Positions 18,818 through 29,003 of a DNA stretch of 64,000 nucleotides are shown here, piece by piece. The notes beneath the pieces are model-generated. The model was not told the DNA's origin. It saw only the letters and a list, made by a program, of their open reading frames with translations, and ran no database searches. This stretch comes from an uncultured Candidatus Saccharibacteria bacterium (GTDB lineage Bacteria; Patescibacteriota; WWE3; UBA101185; UBA10185): positions 152,243 through 216,242 of the forward strand of contig CAZBAJ010000001.1 in the NCBI GenBank assembly GCA_964490125.1, in the 5' to 3' direction. Both the position numbers and the translations under genes were made by a program. The first letter of the stretch is position 1; each line of letters begins with the position of its first letter.

Positions 18818-19348
18818 ATGTCCATCTATACAAAAAATGGCGACGCGGGGGAGACGGATCTTTACGGAGGCAAAAGAGTTAGAAAATCCGTGGATGCGGT
18901 GGAGGTTTTAGGCGAGTTCGACGAGCTAAACGCTTTTTTAGGTTTGTCACGGCTGTTGCTAAAAAAGAGCGACGCAGTAAGAATCTCTCAAATCCAAAAC
19001 GACTTGTTTTTGTTGGGTTCCGTTGTGGCGGGGGTTAAGTTAAGTCAACCTGCTGTTCAGTATCTAATAAAACAGGTCGACAAGATGGAAACGGAAATTG
19101 ACTCGCTTGAAGGTAAGACCCCAAAGCTTAAAAACTTTATTCTACCCAATGGTTGTGAATCTTCCGCCAGATTACATTTAGCCCGCGCAATTTGTAGGCG
19201 GTGTGAGCGCTCTTTGGTGTCGCTAGGGGAATATATGGACCTTGTGCCCTATCTTAACCGGTTGTCCGACTACTTATTTGTTTTAGCCAGGTACGAAAAC
19301 GCCAGACGCGGAGTTAAAGACGAGCTTGCTACTCCAGTCCTACAATAA
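18818..19348 (+). CDS. ATP:cob(I)alamin adenosyltransferase, PduO type
   Basis: The N-terminus TKNGDAGETDLYGGKRVRKSV...DELNAFLG matches PduO/MMAB. It is adjacent to B12-dependent NrdJ. Confidence 0.8.
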   Translation: MSIYTKNGDAGETDLYGGKRVRKSVDAVEVLGEFDELNAFLGLSRLLLKKSDAVRISQIQNDLFLLGSVVAGVKLSQPAVQYLIKQVDKMETEIDSLEGKTPKLKNFILPNGCESSARLHLARAICRRCERSLVSLGEYMDLVPYLNRLSDYLFVLARYENARRGVKDELATPVLQ

Positions 19349-20672
19349 TAAGCACATCGTAATCAGTTGGTTTAGAGTCAAGTTCCACAACTTCAACCGA
19401 ATAATTAGTTTTTAAGTCGTTAACCAGCAAGTCTTTGTAATCTGCAAGCTCTTTAGGTAATTTTATTTGCGTTTTTGCGTAAGTAGCTTTGTCGGCATTG
19501 CCCGGGTCTCCCACGGTATAGCCAAAACCTTCCAGGTAAGCCTTTATTTTCCCCGCGGAACCCGGAATCCCGTTACCGTTTTCCACGCGTATTTTTAAAT
19601 CACTCCGTTTTACTTCTTTTTGGACGACCGGGGGAGTTGGAGTTGGTTCTGGAGTTTGAGGTTGGTTATTGGATTGTTCTTGCTCTGCCAATACTTCTTG
19701 TTTCTGACCATTATTCTGTTTACCAAAAATCGTGTCGAAACCCACGGTTAATTGGACTACCAGTCCTGCAACTAACAGTACGGATGCAATGGTGGCGCCA
19801 GCAATTACGGGAGTCTTACTTTTTTGGAAGACTTCTGGTACCGGCAAGATATTTAACAAATTTGCTTGTGAATTAAGAAGCCCACCTTTTTGGTCCAGAG
19901 TTTTTTGTGTTAAGTCCAATTCCTCAAAATCAGGTTCCAAACCTTGTCCACCCAAAATTAAAGGATGTGTTGAACCTATAGAGTGTTCGTGTTTTGCAAA
20001 TGTATAAAGATATACCTCACCTTTTTTAGTGTTGTACACAGAAAGTTTCCAGAACAGCTCCTTAAGTTCTTCCATAGAGACTTTTCCATTCAACTTTTCT
20101 GCAAAAGTTACGCCGGTAAGTTCGCTAAAAATCACCGTGTTCTCATCTTTATTAGGAAACACAAACATACTGGAAACATCGGCATTGGTTTTAGCTAGTA
20201 TAAGTCCTAAAGGCAGTACCCCGCCAATTTCCAACCCCATAATAGCGCCGGTTTCCAAAATAGGGTCAAGCAAAACCTTTTTAATGCCTACAAACTGATA
20301 AATAAACGGGGCAATTTTATATTGGGCAAAATACAACTCGTCCGGTTTTTGATCTACCAGCCTGTCCTTAATTTGCTTTTCCATCAAGTCAACCTCATCC
20401 TCCGGTTTGTCTGTCTTACTGCCCGTCAACAAAAAAAGCTCCGTAAGCTCCGGTTCTAAGATAAAATACATAGGGAGTTTTGGCAACTTGTCGCCATAAT
20501 GCGTAGCCAAGATCCGGGAAAGTTCCTTACAGAATTCGTTGGGGTCAACAACGCGCGACCTGGAAACCGCCGTCGGCAACAGTTCCTCGGTCAAAAATTT
20601 AGCAGGTTCCGCACCGTTGTAAAGTCCTACTCTAACCGTGCTAGAAGTTAAATGTATAAAATAGCCGTCCAC
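19329..20672 (-). CDS. Membrane protein with a C-terminal LytR_C (LytR/CpsA/Psr C-terminal) domain and a Pro/Thr-rich linker
   Basis: One TM helix, then PTPEPTPTPP, then a LytR_C-like segment (IRVENGNGIPGSAGKIKAYLEGFGYTV...DYDVLIIVG). The N-terminal domain is unassigned. Confidence 0.5.
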   Translation of the reverse strand: MDGYFIHLTSSTVRVGLYNGAEPAKFLTEELLPTAVSRSRVVDPNEFCKELSRILATHYGDKLPKLPMYFILEPELTELFLLTGSKTDKPEDEVDLMEKQIKDRLVDQKPDELYFAQYKIAPFIYQFVGIKKVLLDPILETGAIMGLEIGGVLPLGLILAKTNADVSSMFVFPNKDENTVIFSELTGVTFAEKLNGKVSMEELKELFWKLSVYNTKKGEVYLYTFAKHEHSIGSTHPLILGGQGLEPDFEELDLTQKTLDQKGGLLNSQANLLNILPVPEVFQKSKTPVIAGATIASVLLVAGLVVQLTVGFDTIFGKQNNGQKQEVLAEQEQSNNQPQTPEPTPTPPVVQKEVKRSDLKIRVENGNGIPGSAGKIKAYLEGFGYTVGDPGNADKATYAKTQIKLPKELADYKDLLVNDLKTNYSVEVVELDSKPTDYDVLIIVGLE

Positions 20673-20737
20673 CTATTCATCATAGCAGAACATGTGCGCT
20701 TGATAAAGTAATCAAGATGTTGTAGTATAGCCAAGTT

Positions 20738-21097
20738 ATGACTTACGCAATTATAGCTTTGGCAGGGCGACAATTTATGGTTTCGGAGGGCGACACTTTG
20801 CAGGTTACCCGTCAGATCGACCTTGCTCCAAAAGTGCTTTTTTATAAAAGTGACGAGGTTACCAAGGTTGGCTCGCCTTATTTAGAGGATGTGGCTGTGG
20901 GCTTGGAAAAGCTTGAGGATAAAAAGGACAAAAAAGTTGTTGTGGCAAGGTTTAGAGCAAAATCCAGGCATAGAAGAAAAGTTGGACATCGTCAGCCTAT
21001 TAGTGTGATAAAAGTAAAAAGTATCTCCCAGGGGGCAAAAACAGCTAAAAAGTCGACAAAAAAAGAAGAATTGGCGGAACAGGAGGCTAACAACTAA
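20738..21097 (+). CDS. rplU: 50S ribosomal protein L21 with a Lys-rich C-terminal extension
   Basis: The [23 protein letters not shown] pattern matches L21. Confidence 0.9.
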   Translation: MTYAIIALAGRQFMVSEGDTLQVTRQIDLAPKVLFYKSDEVTKVGSPYLEDVAVGLEKLEDKKDKKVVVARFRAKSRHRRKVGHRQPISVIKVKSISQGAKTAKKSTKKEELAEQEANN

Positions 21098-21351
21098 TGG
21101 CACATAAAACAGCAACCGCGTCAAAGGCTACTCAAAAAGGCAATGTTGCCGGCAAAAGGCTTGGAGTTAAGCTTTCTCACGGACAGGGCGTAAAGACAGG
21201 TCAAATAATTGTGCGACAGCGGGGGAGGACCTTTATTCCAGGAGAGAATGTGAGGATGGGTAAAGATTTTACTTTGTACTCGGTGGCGGACGGAAAAATC
21301 CGTTTTGCCGACACTTTAAGCAGAAGAAAAGAAGTTAATGTAACTGTGTAG
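21097..21351 (+). CDS. rpmA: 50S ribosomal protein L27
   Basis: MAHKTA...GKRLGVK...[16 protein letters not shown] matches L27. The start overlaps the rplU stop. Confidence 0.95.
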   Translation: MAHKTATASKATQKGNVAGKRLGVKLSHGQGVKTGQIIVRQRGRTFIPGENVRMGKDFTLYSVADGKIRFADTLSRRKEVNVTV

Positions 21352-21422
21352 GTTTGAGCTCTTTCTCAAAAAATCTTCGATTTAACAACTTCGGATAACC
21401 GCCTGCTGTTTACATTATCACG

Positions 21423-21956
21423 CTAAATTTTCGTAATATTTGCGGGTGGCCAATATACTACAAATGCTTTACCCACAACATTTTCCAAAGGTACAAGTCC
21501 AAACATTCTGGAATCATAACTTTCCTTGCGATTGTCGCCCATAACCGCAATAAAGCCATTCGGAATTGGTTGTTGGGAGTATTCGTCCAGCACCCCTAAA
21601 CTGTCGACTTTTCCAAAATTACCGCCCAAAAATGTTTCATTCGATGCACTGGAAGTTACAACAACATCACCCGCATTGTTTGTCTGAATTAAATCGCCTG
21701 CGACACCAATAACCCGCTTGATCAAAAAAATTCGGTCATTTTGCAAGCTTCTAAAGACAATTATTTCCCCTCGTTCCGGCTTCCGGCTTTTATAGGTGAC
21801 TTTTTCTACCACAATCCGCTCGCCGTTTTTTAAAGTTGGGTACATGGAGTCGCCTGTAATTTCCAGCGACTGTCCTACAAAAAGCATTATCAGGACGGAC
21901 AAAAATATGCCTGACATCAAGGTTTCTAAAAAGCTCACCAGCGATTTTTTCACCAA
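21423..21956 (-). CDS. lepB: Signal peptidase I
   Basis: GDSMYPTL (catalytic Ser box), RVIGVAGD and GDNRKESYDSR boxes are present. Confidence 0.85.
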   Translation of the reverse strand: MVKKSLVSFLETLMSGIFLSVLIMLFVGQSLEITGDSMYPTLKNGERIVVEKVTYKSRKPERGEIIVFRSLQNDRIFLIKRVIGVAGDLIQTNNAGDVVVTSSASNETFLGGNFGKVDSLGVLDEYSQQPIPNGFIAVMGDNRKESYDSRMFGLVPLENVVGKAFVVYWPPANITKI

Positions 21957-22010
21957 ATGATTGTATAATTAACCGCGCGGGATGTCACGGAAATTTCCAA
22001 AGACTTTCTA

Positions 22011-22087
22011 GGCCACTTAGCTCAGCTGGTTAGAGCACTGCATTCACATTGCAGGGGTCAAAGGTTCGAATCCTTTAGTGGCCACCA
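22011..22087 (+). tRNA. tRNA-Val (anticodon CAC), CCA encoded
   Basis: Cloverleaf read by eye: acceptor ggccact/agtggcc, anticodon stem ctgca/tgcag with loop ttCACat, T-arm aaagg-ttcgaat-ccttt. Confidence 0.9.
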
Positions 22088-23402
22088 CGATAAGCATAAT
22101 ACCTACCAGGATTTGAGGATAGAAAATTGAGTTGATAAAGATCGAATTCAGTAGGAGGGCAAAGACCAACCCAGTTGTTGTAATATCCGGATGTTTTACA
22201 TTTGTAGCAATGGTGAAAATGAAAAAACCGGCGAAAAAGATAAGTCCAGATATGCCAGAGGTTGCCCAAACAAGAAGCAGGCTGGAATCGCTACCTGCGC
22301 CGGAACGGGAGGCTGTATTCATGTCGTCCAAAAAGCCGTAATCCTGCTGGGCGTACCTAAAAGTGTTATAACCGATGCCAAAAACCCAATTTTCTTTAAT
22401 TATTTCCCAAGTGTTTTGCCATGAAACAAGCCTAAAGCTAGCGGAATCCTGCGGATCTGTTATGCCGGAAATTCGGGTTTGGACGCGGGGGACGGCAAAA
22501 ACAGCTAGAAAAACAATCGCCACGGTAGACAGTAGGACGACTTTGTTCTTAAGTCCGACAAAGAATATCAAAACTGCGGTGGCAAGCCACGCGCTACGGG
22601 AAAAGGTAAGAAAAATGCCTGCAATAAATATTACTCCTGCTAGAAATAATATCGGCTGGGGTTTGATTTGGTGTACAGGATTTTCTAATCGACTTGAGGA
22701 CTCGGTAATCAAGTCGGACGATGGGACTCCGATAGATTTATGTTGCGCAGAGGTTGTAGAGGATTCGCAGGATGTTGAAGTAAAGCCTGTTTTGAACAAC
22801 TTTATAATCGTCGCCAAACAAATGACAAAATACATGCCCAAAAAATTGGGATCAAAAAAAGTTGAAACCATACGATTTTTGTGAGGATCCCAGCCAAGTG
22901 AAGAATCGAGTGTTTCTAAATCCGGTAGGACAAGTAGTTGAAAGATGCCCGCAACAAAAAGAAAAAGTCCGCTATAAATTATCACGCGGTAAATTCTGTC
23001 GATTTTAACAAAGTCTAGCCTAATAAAATTGTGGGTTATTAAAGCAAAAAGGATGTATGACAGAAAGCGCAGAGGATAGGCTAGCGAGGTCAAAAATTCT
23101 GATGGCTCGAGGTTTAGAGGAGTAAAAACAAGTGAAACGATTCCTAGTGCCACAAACGAAAACAAAAAGATAAAAGAAATTGGGATTTTAACTTCTTGCA
23201 ACTTTAGTAAATAAATGAGCCCAAAAAAGTCGAACAAAGTTATTAACAAGTCAAACAAATAAATATTACCCTGACCAAAAGCGTATATTACAGAAAATTG
23301 CCCAAGCGACAAGGTAAAAATGCACAAGCTAAACAGCCAAAAGAACAATCTACGGACTCTATTTTGATTCATGCGCGGTTTCCCTCCAAGTCTTTGTTGC
23401 AA
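22044..23402 (-). CDS. O-antigen ligase/polymerase (Wzy_C) family membrane protein
   Basis: It is polytopic with an FLTFSRSAWLATAV motif typical of the O-antigen ligase family. The 3' end overlaps tRNA-Val on the opposite strand. Confidence 0.7.
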   Translation of the reverse strand: MQQRLGGKPRMNQNRVRRLFFWLFSLCIFTLSLGQFSVIYAFGQGNIYLFDLLITLFDFFGLIYLLKLQEVKIPISFIFLFSFVALGIVSLVFTPLNLEPSEFLTSLAYPLRFLSYILFALITHNFIRLDFVKIDRIYRVIIYSGLFLFVAGIFQLLVLPDLETLDSSLGWDPHKNRMVSTFFDPNFLGMYFVICLATIIKLFKTGFTSTSCESSTTSAQHKSIGVPSSDLITESSSRLENPVHQIKPQPILFLAGVIFIAGIFLTFSRSAWLATAVLIFFVGLKNKVVLLSTVAIVFLAVFAVPRVQTRISGITDPQDSASFRLVSWQNTWEIIKENWVFGIGYNTFRYAQQDYGFLDDMNTASRSGAGSDSSLLLVWATSGISGLIFFAGFFIFTIATNVKHPDITTTGLVFALLLNSIFINSIFYPQILVGIMLIVVATKGFEPLTPAM

Positions 23403-24639
23403 AAATAGTCAGAAGAATTAAGATTAGTGCTTCCGACAGCCAGGTAACATAGGCAGAGGCGTAAAAGCTGTATTTCGGGATAAAAAAGATGTTGCTTACG
23501 ACATTAAAAACGGCGCCAACCAGGTAGATTATGGGCAGATATTTCTGTTTGTCTAGTGTAACGATAAGATAGGAGATTGGTTGCGTAATAAAGAACAAAA
23601 AAAGACCGACGGCTAGTATTCTTAAAACATCCACGGACTCGTTAAATTGCGCACCACCCAAAAGTCTTACAGCAAACGGGGCAATTAGAAAAAGTCCGGC
23701 TGAAGCCAAAATTCCCAAAGATAGAGTCAGTTTAATGGTTTTGAGGAAAGTCTTTTTAAGGTCAGCTCGGCTTTGGTTTAGTCTGGCAACAAAAACCGGA
23801 TAGGTAGCGTTCATAATGAAAGTTGGGATGGATAAGGAAACCTCAAAAATTTTGTACGGGAGGGCATAAATGGCCACAGAACTGATGTTGTCCAGGTTTA
23901 TTGACGCGGGGAGTGTGAGCAAAGAAAGTAAAATTGCGTCGGCTTTAAAATTAATTTGAGAGAAAACAAACATAAGACCCAAAGGAAGCGACGCCGAAAG
24001 TAGGTTTTTAAGTGCACTGCGATCGGTAAAAATGTGGAAGTTTAAGCGAGTTTGGTAACCAAGTTTAGTTAAGACAACGGCGTTTATAGCAAAAATAACT
24101 ACTCCGCCAAGCACATAAGAAAAACTCAAAAACCTCACATCTAGACCGAGTTTAATAAAGATAAAAACCAAAAGCGTAATTACAAGGCTTCCTAAAATGT
24201 AGCCAATTGACGCCAAGTCGTACCGTTGTTTGTGTTGAAAAGCCAGATTGGTGCTGGAAAAAAGTGATTGGGTAAGAATCCAAAAGGACGACATAAAAAT
24301 GCCGATTTTTAAAAACTGCGAATAAGGTAAAAATTGGACGGCGGTGTTAAGTACGACAATAAAAAAAAGCGACAACAGGGGGCGGACGGCAAGAACGGCT
24401 TGGTAGTATTTTTGAGCGTCTTCGTCGCTTTTGCCCATTTTTTTAAGGGCGGTGGCGTTAAGTCCAAAGTCAGATAGAATAAAAAACAAAGCGGGTAGGG
24501 TCTGCATAATGGAAAATTGACCGTAGCCTTCTTTACCTAGCGCCCGTGTTATAAGGACGGTAGTAATCATGGTTAGCGCCATACTAATAATTTTTGCAAT
24601 AAGCTGGGCGGTTGTATTGTAAAATATAGTTTTTTTCAT
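23359..24639 (-). CDS. Polysaccharide/oligosaccharide flippase (MOP/Wzx superfamily)
   Basis: A ~12-TM protein with an N-terminal TTAQLIAKIISMALTMITTVLITRALGKEGYG Wzx-like pattern. Confidence 0.75.
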   Translation of the reverse strand: MKKTIFYNTTAQLIAKIISMALTMITTVLITRALGKEGYGQFSIMQTLPALFFILSDFGLNATALKKMGKSDEDAQKYYQAVLAVRPLLSLFFIVVLNTAVQFLPYSQFLKIGIFMSSFWILTQSLFSSTNLAFQHKQRYDLASIGYILGSLVITLLVFIFIKLGLDVRFLSFSYVLGGVVIFAINAVVLTKLGYQTRLNFHIFTDRSALKNLLSASLPLGLMFVFSQINFKADAILLSLLTLPASINLDNISSVAIYALPYKIFEVSLSIPTFIMNATYPVFVARLNQSRADLKKTFLKTIKLTLSLGILASAGLFLIAPFAVRLLGGAQFNESVDVLRILAVGLFLFFITQPISYLIVTLDKQKYLPIIYLVGAVFNVVSNIFFIPKYSFYASAYVTWLSEALILILLTIFATKTWRETAHESK

Positions 24640-24652
24640 ACTCTAGCCTTTG

Positions 24653-25855
24653 TTATGGCGTTTGTTGACAGTCCGACACCGTAAGTTGAGTTTTTTGTAA
24701 ACTTGCGGGTTCACCCTTAACCTTTTTAATTTTCTTTAGCACCTCGTATTGTTCGTAAGGTACGCCATCGTTATTTATCCAAGAAAAGTGGTCAAAGGGT
24801 GCTTTATAGTATATTGTAAATGGCGTAACCGCGCGCACCCTGGCGTCCTTTAGCCAAATTTCTTCAAAGGCAATTTTAAAGTTTTGCGCGACTTGGTTGG
24901 CAGGGAAAAAAATTGAATTGTACGACTCGCCCTCCGCGTGCGCCCAACCCGTTTCTGTTATAAAGACGGGCAGTTCTTTGATTAGCCCTAGATTGTTTTT
25001 TAAATAGTCTAGCTCCGTCTCATAGGATTTAATGCTTAAAAGTCCTGTAGCGTAAGGGCTACCTGCAAAATTGGGCTGAGGGTATGAATGACTTGCCCAA
25101 CCGTCCAGCTTGTTAAAAATGCCCGGTACTGCCGTGTTCATTTGGTACAAAAAAGAAAGCGCGCTAATATAGCCTTTGCCATCAGGCGCACTGGAATTTA
25201 AAGCGCCGTTTAGGATAAAAAAGTTAGGGTTCTCTTTTTTAAAAATATCGATTGTGTAATTTAAAACTTGCGCATAGTTTTTGGCGTTAGCGTCGCCTTT
25301 CCAAAACCTGTCGTCGTTGGGTTCGTTGTAAGCGCTAATATAACGCTCTTTCACAGGCCACAGAAAGCTGTTTAAAAATTCTGCCGACTCTTTTGTGTCG
25401 CCCTTGTAATCTTTTGTATCCACATCCCACAGTTGAATTATGGGTACCAGGTGTCTTTTAGTAAGATCAGCAAAAACTCTGCGCCATTTATTATAGTCGC
25501 GATCTTTTACATTATACGGAATAAGTACATACCCCCAGTCGCCACCGTCGGAATTGACTAAGTTGTCGGCCAGTTTAAAGAAGCGCTCTTCCTCTGCATA
25601 AATATATAGACCAAATTTATTGTTCGGTTTTTCAAAACTGGAGTATTCTGGGTAGGACATGTACTCGATAGAAGAAGATTGGGTACATATTTTTGGCGCT
25701 ACATCGTTTGCTCCCGTTTCTATGGTGTCGGGGTCAATAGCTGTGGCGGTTGTTTTTGCTTTAGTATTTTCTTTTACAGTTTTTACCATTAGTCCAACAG
25801 AAAAAGTCAATAAGACCACCGATACTCCAATTTTCCAGACATTCTTATTTAACAT
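24653..25855 (-). CDS. Membrane-anchored glycoside hydrolase, clan GH-A-like (TIM-barrel)
   Basis: An N-terminal TM anchor, a candidate acid/base NEP (SAYNEPNDD) and a nucleophile ITETGW are present. The family is not resolvable by eye. Confidence 0.5.
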   Translation of the reverse strand: MLNKNVWKIGVSVVLLTFSVGLMVKTVKENTKAKTTATAIDPDTIETGANDVAPKICTQSSSIEYMSYPEYSSFEKPNNKFGLYIYAEEERFFKLADNLVNSDGGDWGYVLIPYNVKDRDYNKWRRVFADLTKRHLVPIIQLWDVDTKDYKGDTKESAEFLNSFLWPVKERYISAYNEPNDDRFWKGDANAKNYAQVLNYTIDIFKKENPNFFILNGALNSSAPDGKGYISALSFLYQMNTAVPGIFNKLDGWASHSYPQPNFAGSPYATGLLSIKSYETELDYLKNNLGLIKELPVFITETGWAHAEGESYNSIFFPANQVAQNFKIAFEEIWLKDARVRAVTPFTIYYKAPFDHFSWINNDGVPYEQYEVLKKIKKVKGEPASLQKTQLTVSDCQQTP

Positions 25856-25893
25856 ATAGCCATTTTAACCTATATTTATGCTAGACTAAAACG

Positions 25894-27222
25894 ATGTTTT
25901 TAACTCTGATCCAAAAGCTATCTGAACGCATCGATCAGAAAGTGGTTTTAGCCGTCTACCTTTCTTGTTTTTTGGTATTTGGCGCGGTAGTAGTGTCAAG
26001 CGATTTTGCAAATCTTAACCAAATTTTTTTGCATCCGTTGGATAATTCTTGCAGCATTTTGGGGAGTAAGTCTGTTTTTAAAGATTATTTAGCAGAACAA
26101 AGGGTTTACGCCTTTTTACCTTACTGGAGCGTGGGTGACGGCGACCTAAATACGGAGAATCTTACCGACCTTTCCTATTTTGGACTTACGGTTGACGCTA
26201 AAGCGAGAATTGTAACAACGGACGGTCCGTATAAAAAATGGCGGGAGGACAAAAAGTTGGCAAACGCGCTTAATAAAGTTAAAAAAGCCGGTGGTCAGGT
26301 GTCGCTTACCTTAATTTGTCATGACGACGATGACATTGATGCCGTTTTAGCCTGTCCAACTTGTTGGGAAGATTTGGCTAAAGATGTCATAAAAGAGCTT
26401 GCGTGGGCAAAAATTAAAGATTTAAATGTGGATTTTGAGTATTCTGGCTACACTACGCAGGCAAACGCCCAAAAATACTCACAATTAGTGGGACTTCTTA
26501 ATACCAAATTGGACGAGGCTTTTGGCGATTCATTTGTTGTAGTTTCTGCCTACGCCGACTCTGCCGACAGGGCGAGTAGAATGGCCAAAGACCCTGCTCC
26601 AACGGATGCTAAAATTACCGATGCTGTCATAATGGACGATCCCAAAGATGACCAAGCCCAGTCCAATGTCAGACTTACAGATCCCAAAAGCCTTGCCCAA
26701 ACCGCGGACGCACTATTTATTATGGCTTACGATTTTCATAGACCTACTTCTAACAACGCGGGTCCGGTTTCACCGCTTGATGGGTCGTATACTACTACCA
26801 GATTAAACCTTACTAAAGCTCTAGAAAGCTATCTTAAAGTAGCGCCCGCCTCAAAACTTATCCTGGGGTTGCCGTTTTATGGCTACGACTGGTTGGTGGA
26901 AGACGCGACACCCAAGTCGCCAAGAGTAGAAGGTAGCGACATTCTAGGCTTTTCCAAGTCAAAAACTTACGCGGAAATTACGGATTTACTGGTTAAAAAG
27001 CAATTAAAACCGCAGTGGGACGAAATTTCAATAACTCCGTATGTTAATTATATTGACGAGGAAACAGGTAGCCAAAGGCAAATTTGGTACGACAACGAGA
27101 GATCGCTAGAACCTAAAATCCAACTTGCCACAAAAAATAACTTGCTGGGGGTTGGTGTGTGGGCGTTAGGTTTTGAGGGTGGTTACAGCGATATTTGGAA
27201 AGTCTTTAAACCCCGGATCTAA
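25894..27222 (+). CDS. Glycoside hydrolase family 18 (chitinase-like) domain protein, membrane-anchored, with a variant catalytic motif
   Basis: MAYDFH, LGLPFYGY and GVGVWALGFEG boxes are present. The catalytic box reads DLNVDFEYS, i.e. DxxNxDxE instead of DxxDxDxE. Confidence 0.7.
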   Translation: MFLTLIQKLSERIDQKVVLAVYLSCFLVFGAVVVSSDFANLNQIFLHPLDNSCSILGSKSVFKDYLAEQRVYAFLPYWSVGDGDLNTENLTDLSYFGLTVDAKARIVTTDGPYKKWREDKKLANALNKVKKAGGQVSLTLICHDDDDIDAVLACPTCWEDLAKDVIKELAWAKIKDLNVDFEYSGYTTQANAQKYSQLVGLLNTKLDEAFGDSFVVVSAYADSADRASRMAKDPAPTDAKITDAVIMDDPKDDQAQSNVRLTDPKSLAQTADALFIMAYDFHRPTSNNAGPVSPLDGSYTTTRLNLTKALESYLKVAPASKLILGLPFYGYDWLVEDATPKSPRVEGSDILGFSKSKTYAEITDLLVKKQLKPQWDEISITPYVNYIDEETGSQRQIWYDNERSLEPKIQLATKNNLLGVGVWALGFEGGYSDIWKVFKPRI

Positions 27223-27910
27223 CATACCTAAATTTAATTTTTTCGGTCGACTTGTTACCTGCTTCATCGATAGCTTCAATGTTAATTTCTACCTCACCTT
27301 CCGTAACGCCCAGTAGCAACTCAAAGGTATTTTCAGGTCGTACGATAGCTAGTTTTTCGTTAATTCTAACCTCGCATTTTTTGTCTAAAGTTCCTTTTAC
27401 TAACACTCGTTGATTTAAGTTTCTAACCGTGGAACCGTCTTTAGGTTCTAAAACAGTAATTTTGGGCTTTGCTGTGTCGTAAGTAATCTCCAGCGTTTGC
27501 GATTTCTCGCTCTGATTTTGGTATGAGTCCTCCGCCTTGGCGTATATAGTGTTTTTGCCTTCAATTAACTGCAGACCGCCCAGTTCAAAAGTACCCGTGG
27601 CGTCTGCTACTGCCGACCCTGCCTCCGGTCCGTTAACATAAACCACTACCTTACTGCCGGGTTCGGAAAAGCCTTTTAAGCTAATTTGCGACTGATTAGT
27701 AGTTTTTGGACTATTATAGAAATACGGCGGGGGAGGAGCCAAAGTATCCTCTTTTTCCTTTGGTTTGCTTATTTTAGAAATTAGTCCAAAAAACGAGCCT
27801 ATGGTTGGGGCAAAAAATGCCAAACCTATAATAATAACGCCCAATATTATAACGGTAGCCAAGAGGGTCTTGTATAGCCTTTTTTTAACTTCTTCCTCGT
27901 GTTGTTGCAT
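27206..27910 (-). CDS. Membrane-anchored protein with a beta-rich (Ig-like) ectodomain; hypothetical
   Basis: An N-terminal TM helix, a PPPP linker and a beta-strand-rich repeat composition. Confidence 0.4.
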   Translation of the reverse strand: MQQHEEEVKKRLYKTLLATVIILGVIIIGLAFFAPTIGSFFGLISKISKPKEKEDTLAPPPPYFYNSPKTTNQSQISLKGFSEPGSKVVVYVNGPEAGSAVADATGTFELGGLQLIEGKNTIYAKAEDSYQNQSEKSQTLEITYDTAKPKITVLEPKDGSTVRNLNQRVLVKGTLDKKCEVRINEKLAIVRPENTFELLLGVTEGEVEINIEAIDEAGNKSTEKIKFRYVRSGV

Positions 27911-27927
27911 AATTTAGTTTGATCGAC

Positions 27928-28818
27928 TTAAAGATTCAGATCCCGCATATACTTTTTTAGGTCGACTGCTAAATCCTCCCGTTCAAGGGCAAATCTTAGA
28001 GTAGTTTTAAGATAGGCTAGAGGATCGCCTGTGGTTAACCACTCGCCGTCAATAGGTTGAGCAATAATTAAGTCGCCCTGTTGCGCCAAATTATTATTCA
28101 TATCAGAAATCCAAAGCTCTCCACCCAACCCTGTTTGGAGTTTTTCTGCCTCTTCAATGTACTTATAAGTAAACACAAATCTTCCAAACTGTGCCATGTT
28201 AGAGGGATTTTTTCCTAAAGGCGCTTTTTCTATTAGTTCCTCAATTTCGTATTTATGGCGTCCATTTTCTTTGTACTTTACCGTGCCGTATTTATGAATT
28301 TCTTCGTCTGGGGTTTGTTGGACTGCCAACACACCTGCTGGCTGGTTTTCTTCAAAAACATCAATTAACTGTTTAGTTACTGGGGTTTTAGCTAGAGTCA
28401 TATCGTCACCAAACATATAGACAAAAGCCTCGTCATCATCTATTAGATTTTTGACAGCCAGTAGAGGGGTTCCGTTTCCATACGGCAAGTGCCTCTTCTG
28501 TCGCACATATACAAAGTTGGCAATTTGGGGAATCTCCCGCACCATTTCCAGCGATTTTTCCTTGCCATTTTGTTCCAACATATATTCCAGCGCTAAATTA
28601 TTGTCAAAATAGTCCTCCATAATGCTCTGACCGGATCTGGTTACCAAAATAATATCCGTAATGCCAGAAGCCACCGCTTCCTCCACCAAATATTGAATAA
28701 TAGGCTTGTCTATAATTGGCAACATTTCTTTAGGTTGGTTTTTGGTGGCGGGCAAAAAACGGGTTCCGTAACCAGCTGCAGCAATAACAGCTTTGGTAAT
28801 TTTCTTATGGTTTTTCAT
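27928..28818 (-). CDS. galU: UTP--glucose-1-phosphate uridylyltransferase GalU
   Basis: KAVIAAAGYGTRFLPATKNQPKEMLPIIDKPIIQY is the near-canonical GalU N-terminus. Confidence 0.85.
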   Translation of the reverse strand: MKNHKKITKAVIAAAGYGTRFLPATKNQPKEMLPIIDKPIIQYLVEEAVASGITDIILVTRSGQSIMEDYFDNNLALEYMLEQNGKEKSLEMVREIPQIANFVYVRQKRHLPYGNGTPLLAVKNLIDDDEAFVYMFGDDMTLAKTPVTKQLIDVFEENQPAGVLAVQQTPDEEIHKYGTVKYKENGRHKYEIEELIEKAPLGKNPSNMAQFGRFVFTYKYIEEAEKLQTGLGGELWISDMNNNLAQQGDLIIAQPIDGEWLTTGDPLAYLKTTLRFALEREDLAVDLKKYMRDLNL

Positions 28819-28876
28819 CTTGCGTTCTCCTTCTGCCTTTTAGGCAAATAATGGTGGACTATTCGTTTGTGACGAA

Positions 28877-28952
28877 TGGAGCCAGAGGTGGGAATCGAAC
28901 CCACGACCTTTCCCTTACGAAGGGATTGCTCTACCAACTGAGCTACTCTGGC
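28877..28952 (-). tRNA. tRNA-Thr (anticodon CGU), CCA encoded
   Basis: The reverse complement folds as a cloverleaf: acceptor gccagag/ctctggc, anticodon loop ttCGTaa. Confidence 0.9.
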
Positions 28953-29003
28953 ATTTAGTCTACACCCGTGGGTTCTATTTTAACAAATTTTTGCGACACG
29001 ATT

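Noticed and set aside
22011-22087. Possibility that tRNA-Val is an artefact because the O-antigen ligase ORF runs through it
   Set aside because: The cloverleaf is complete with a canonical T-loop and CCA. Only the ligase ORF tail overlaps it on the opposite strand.
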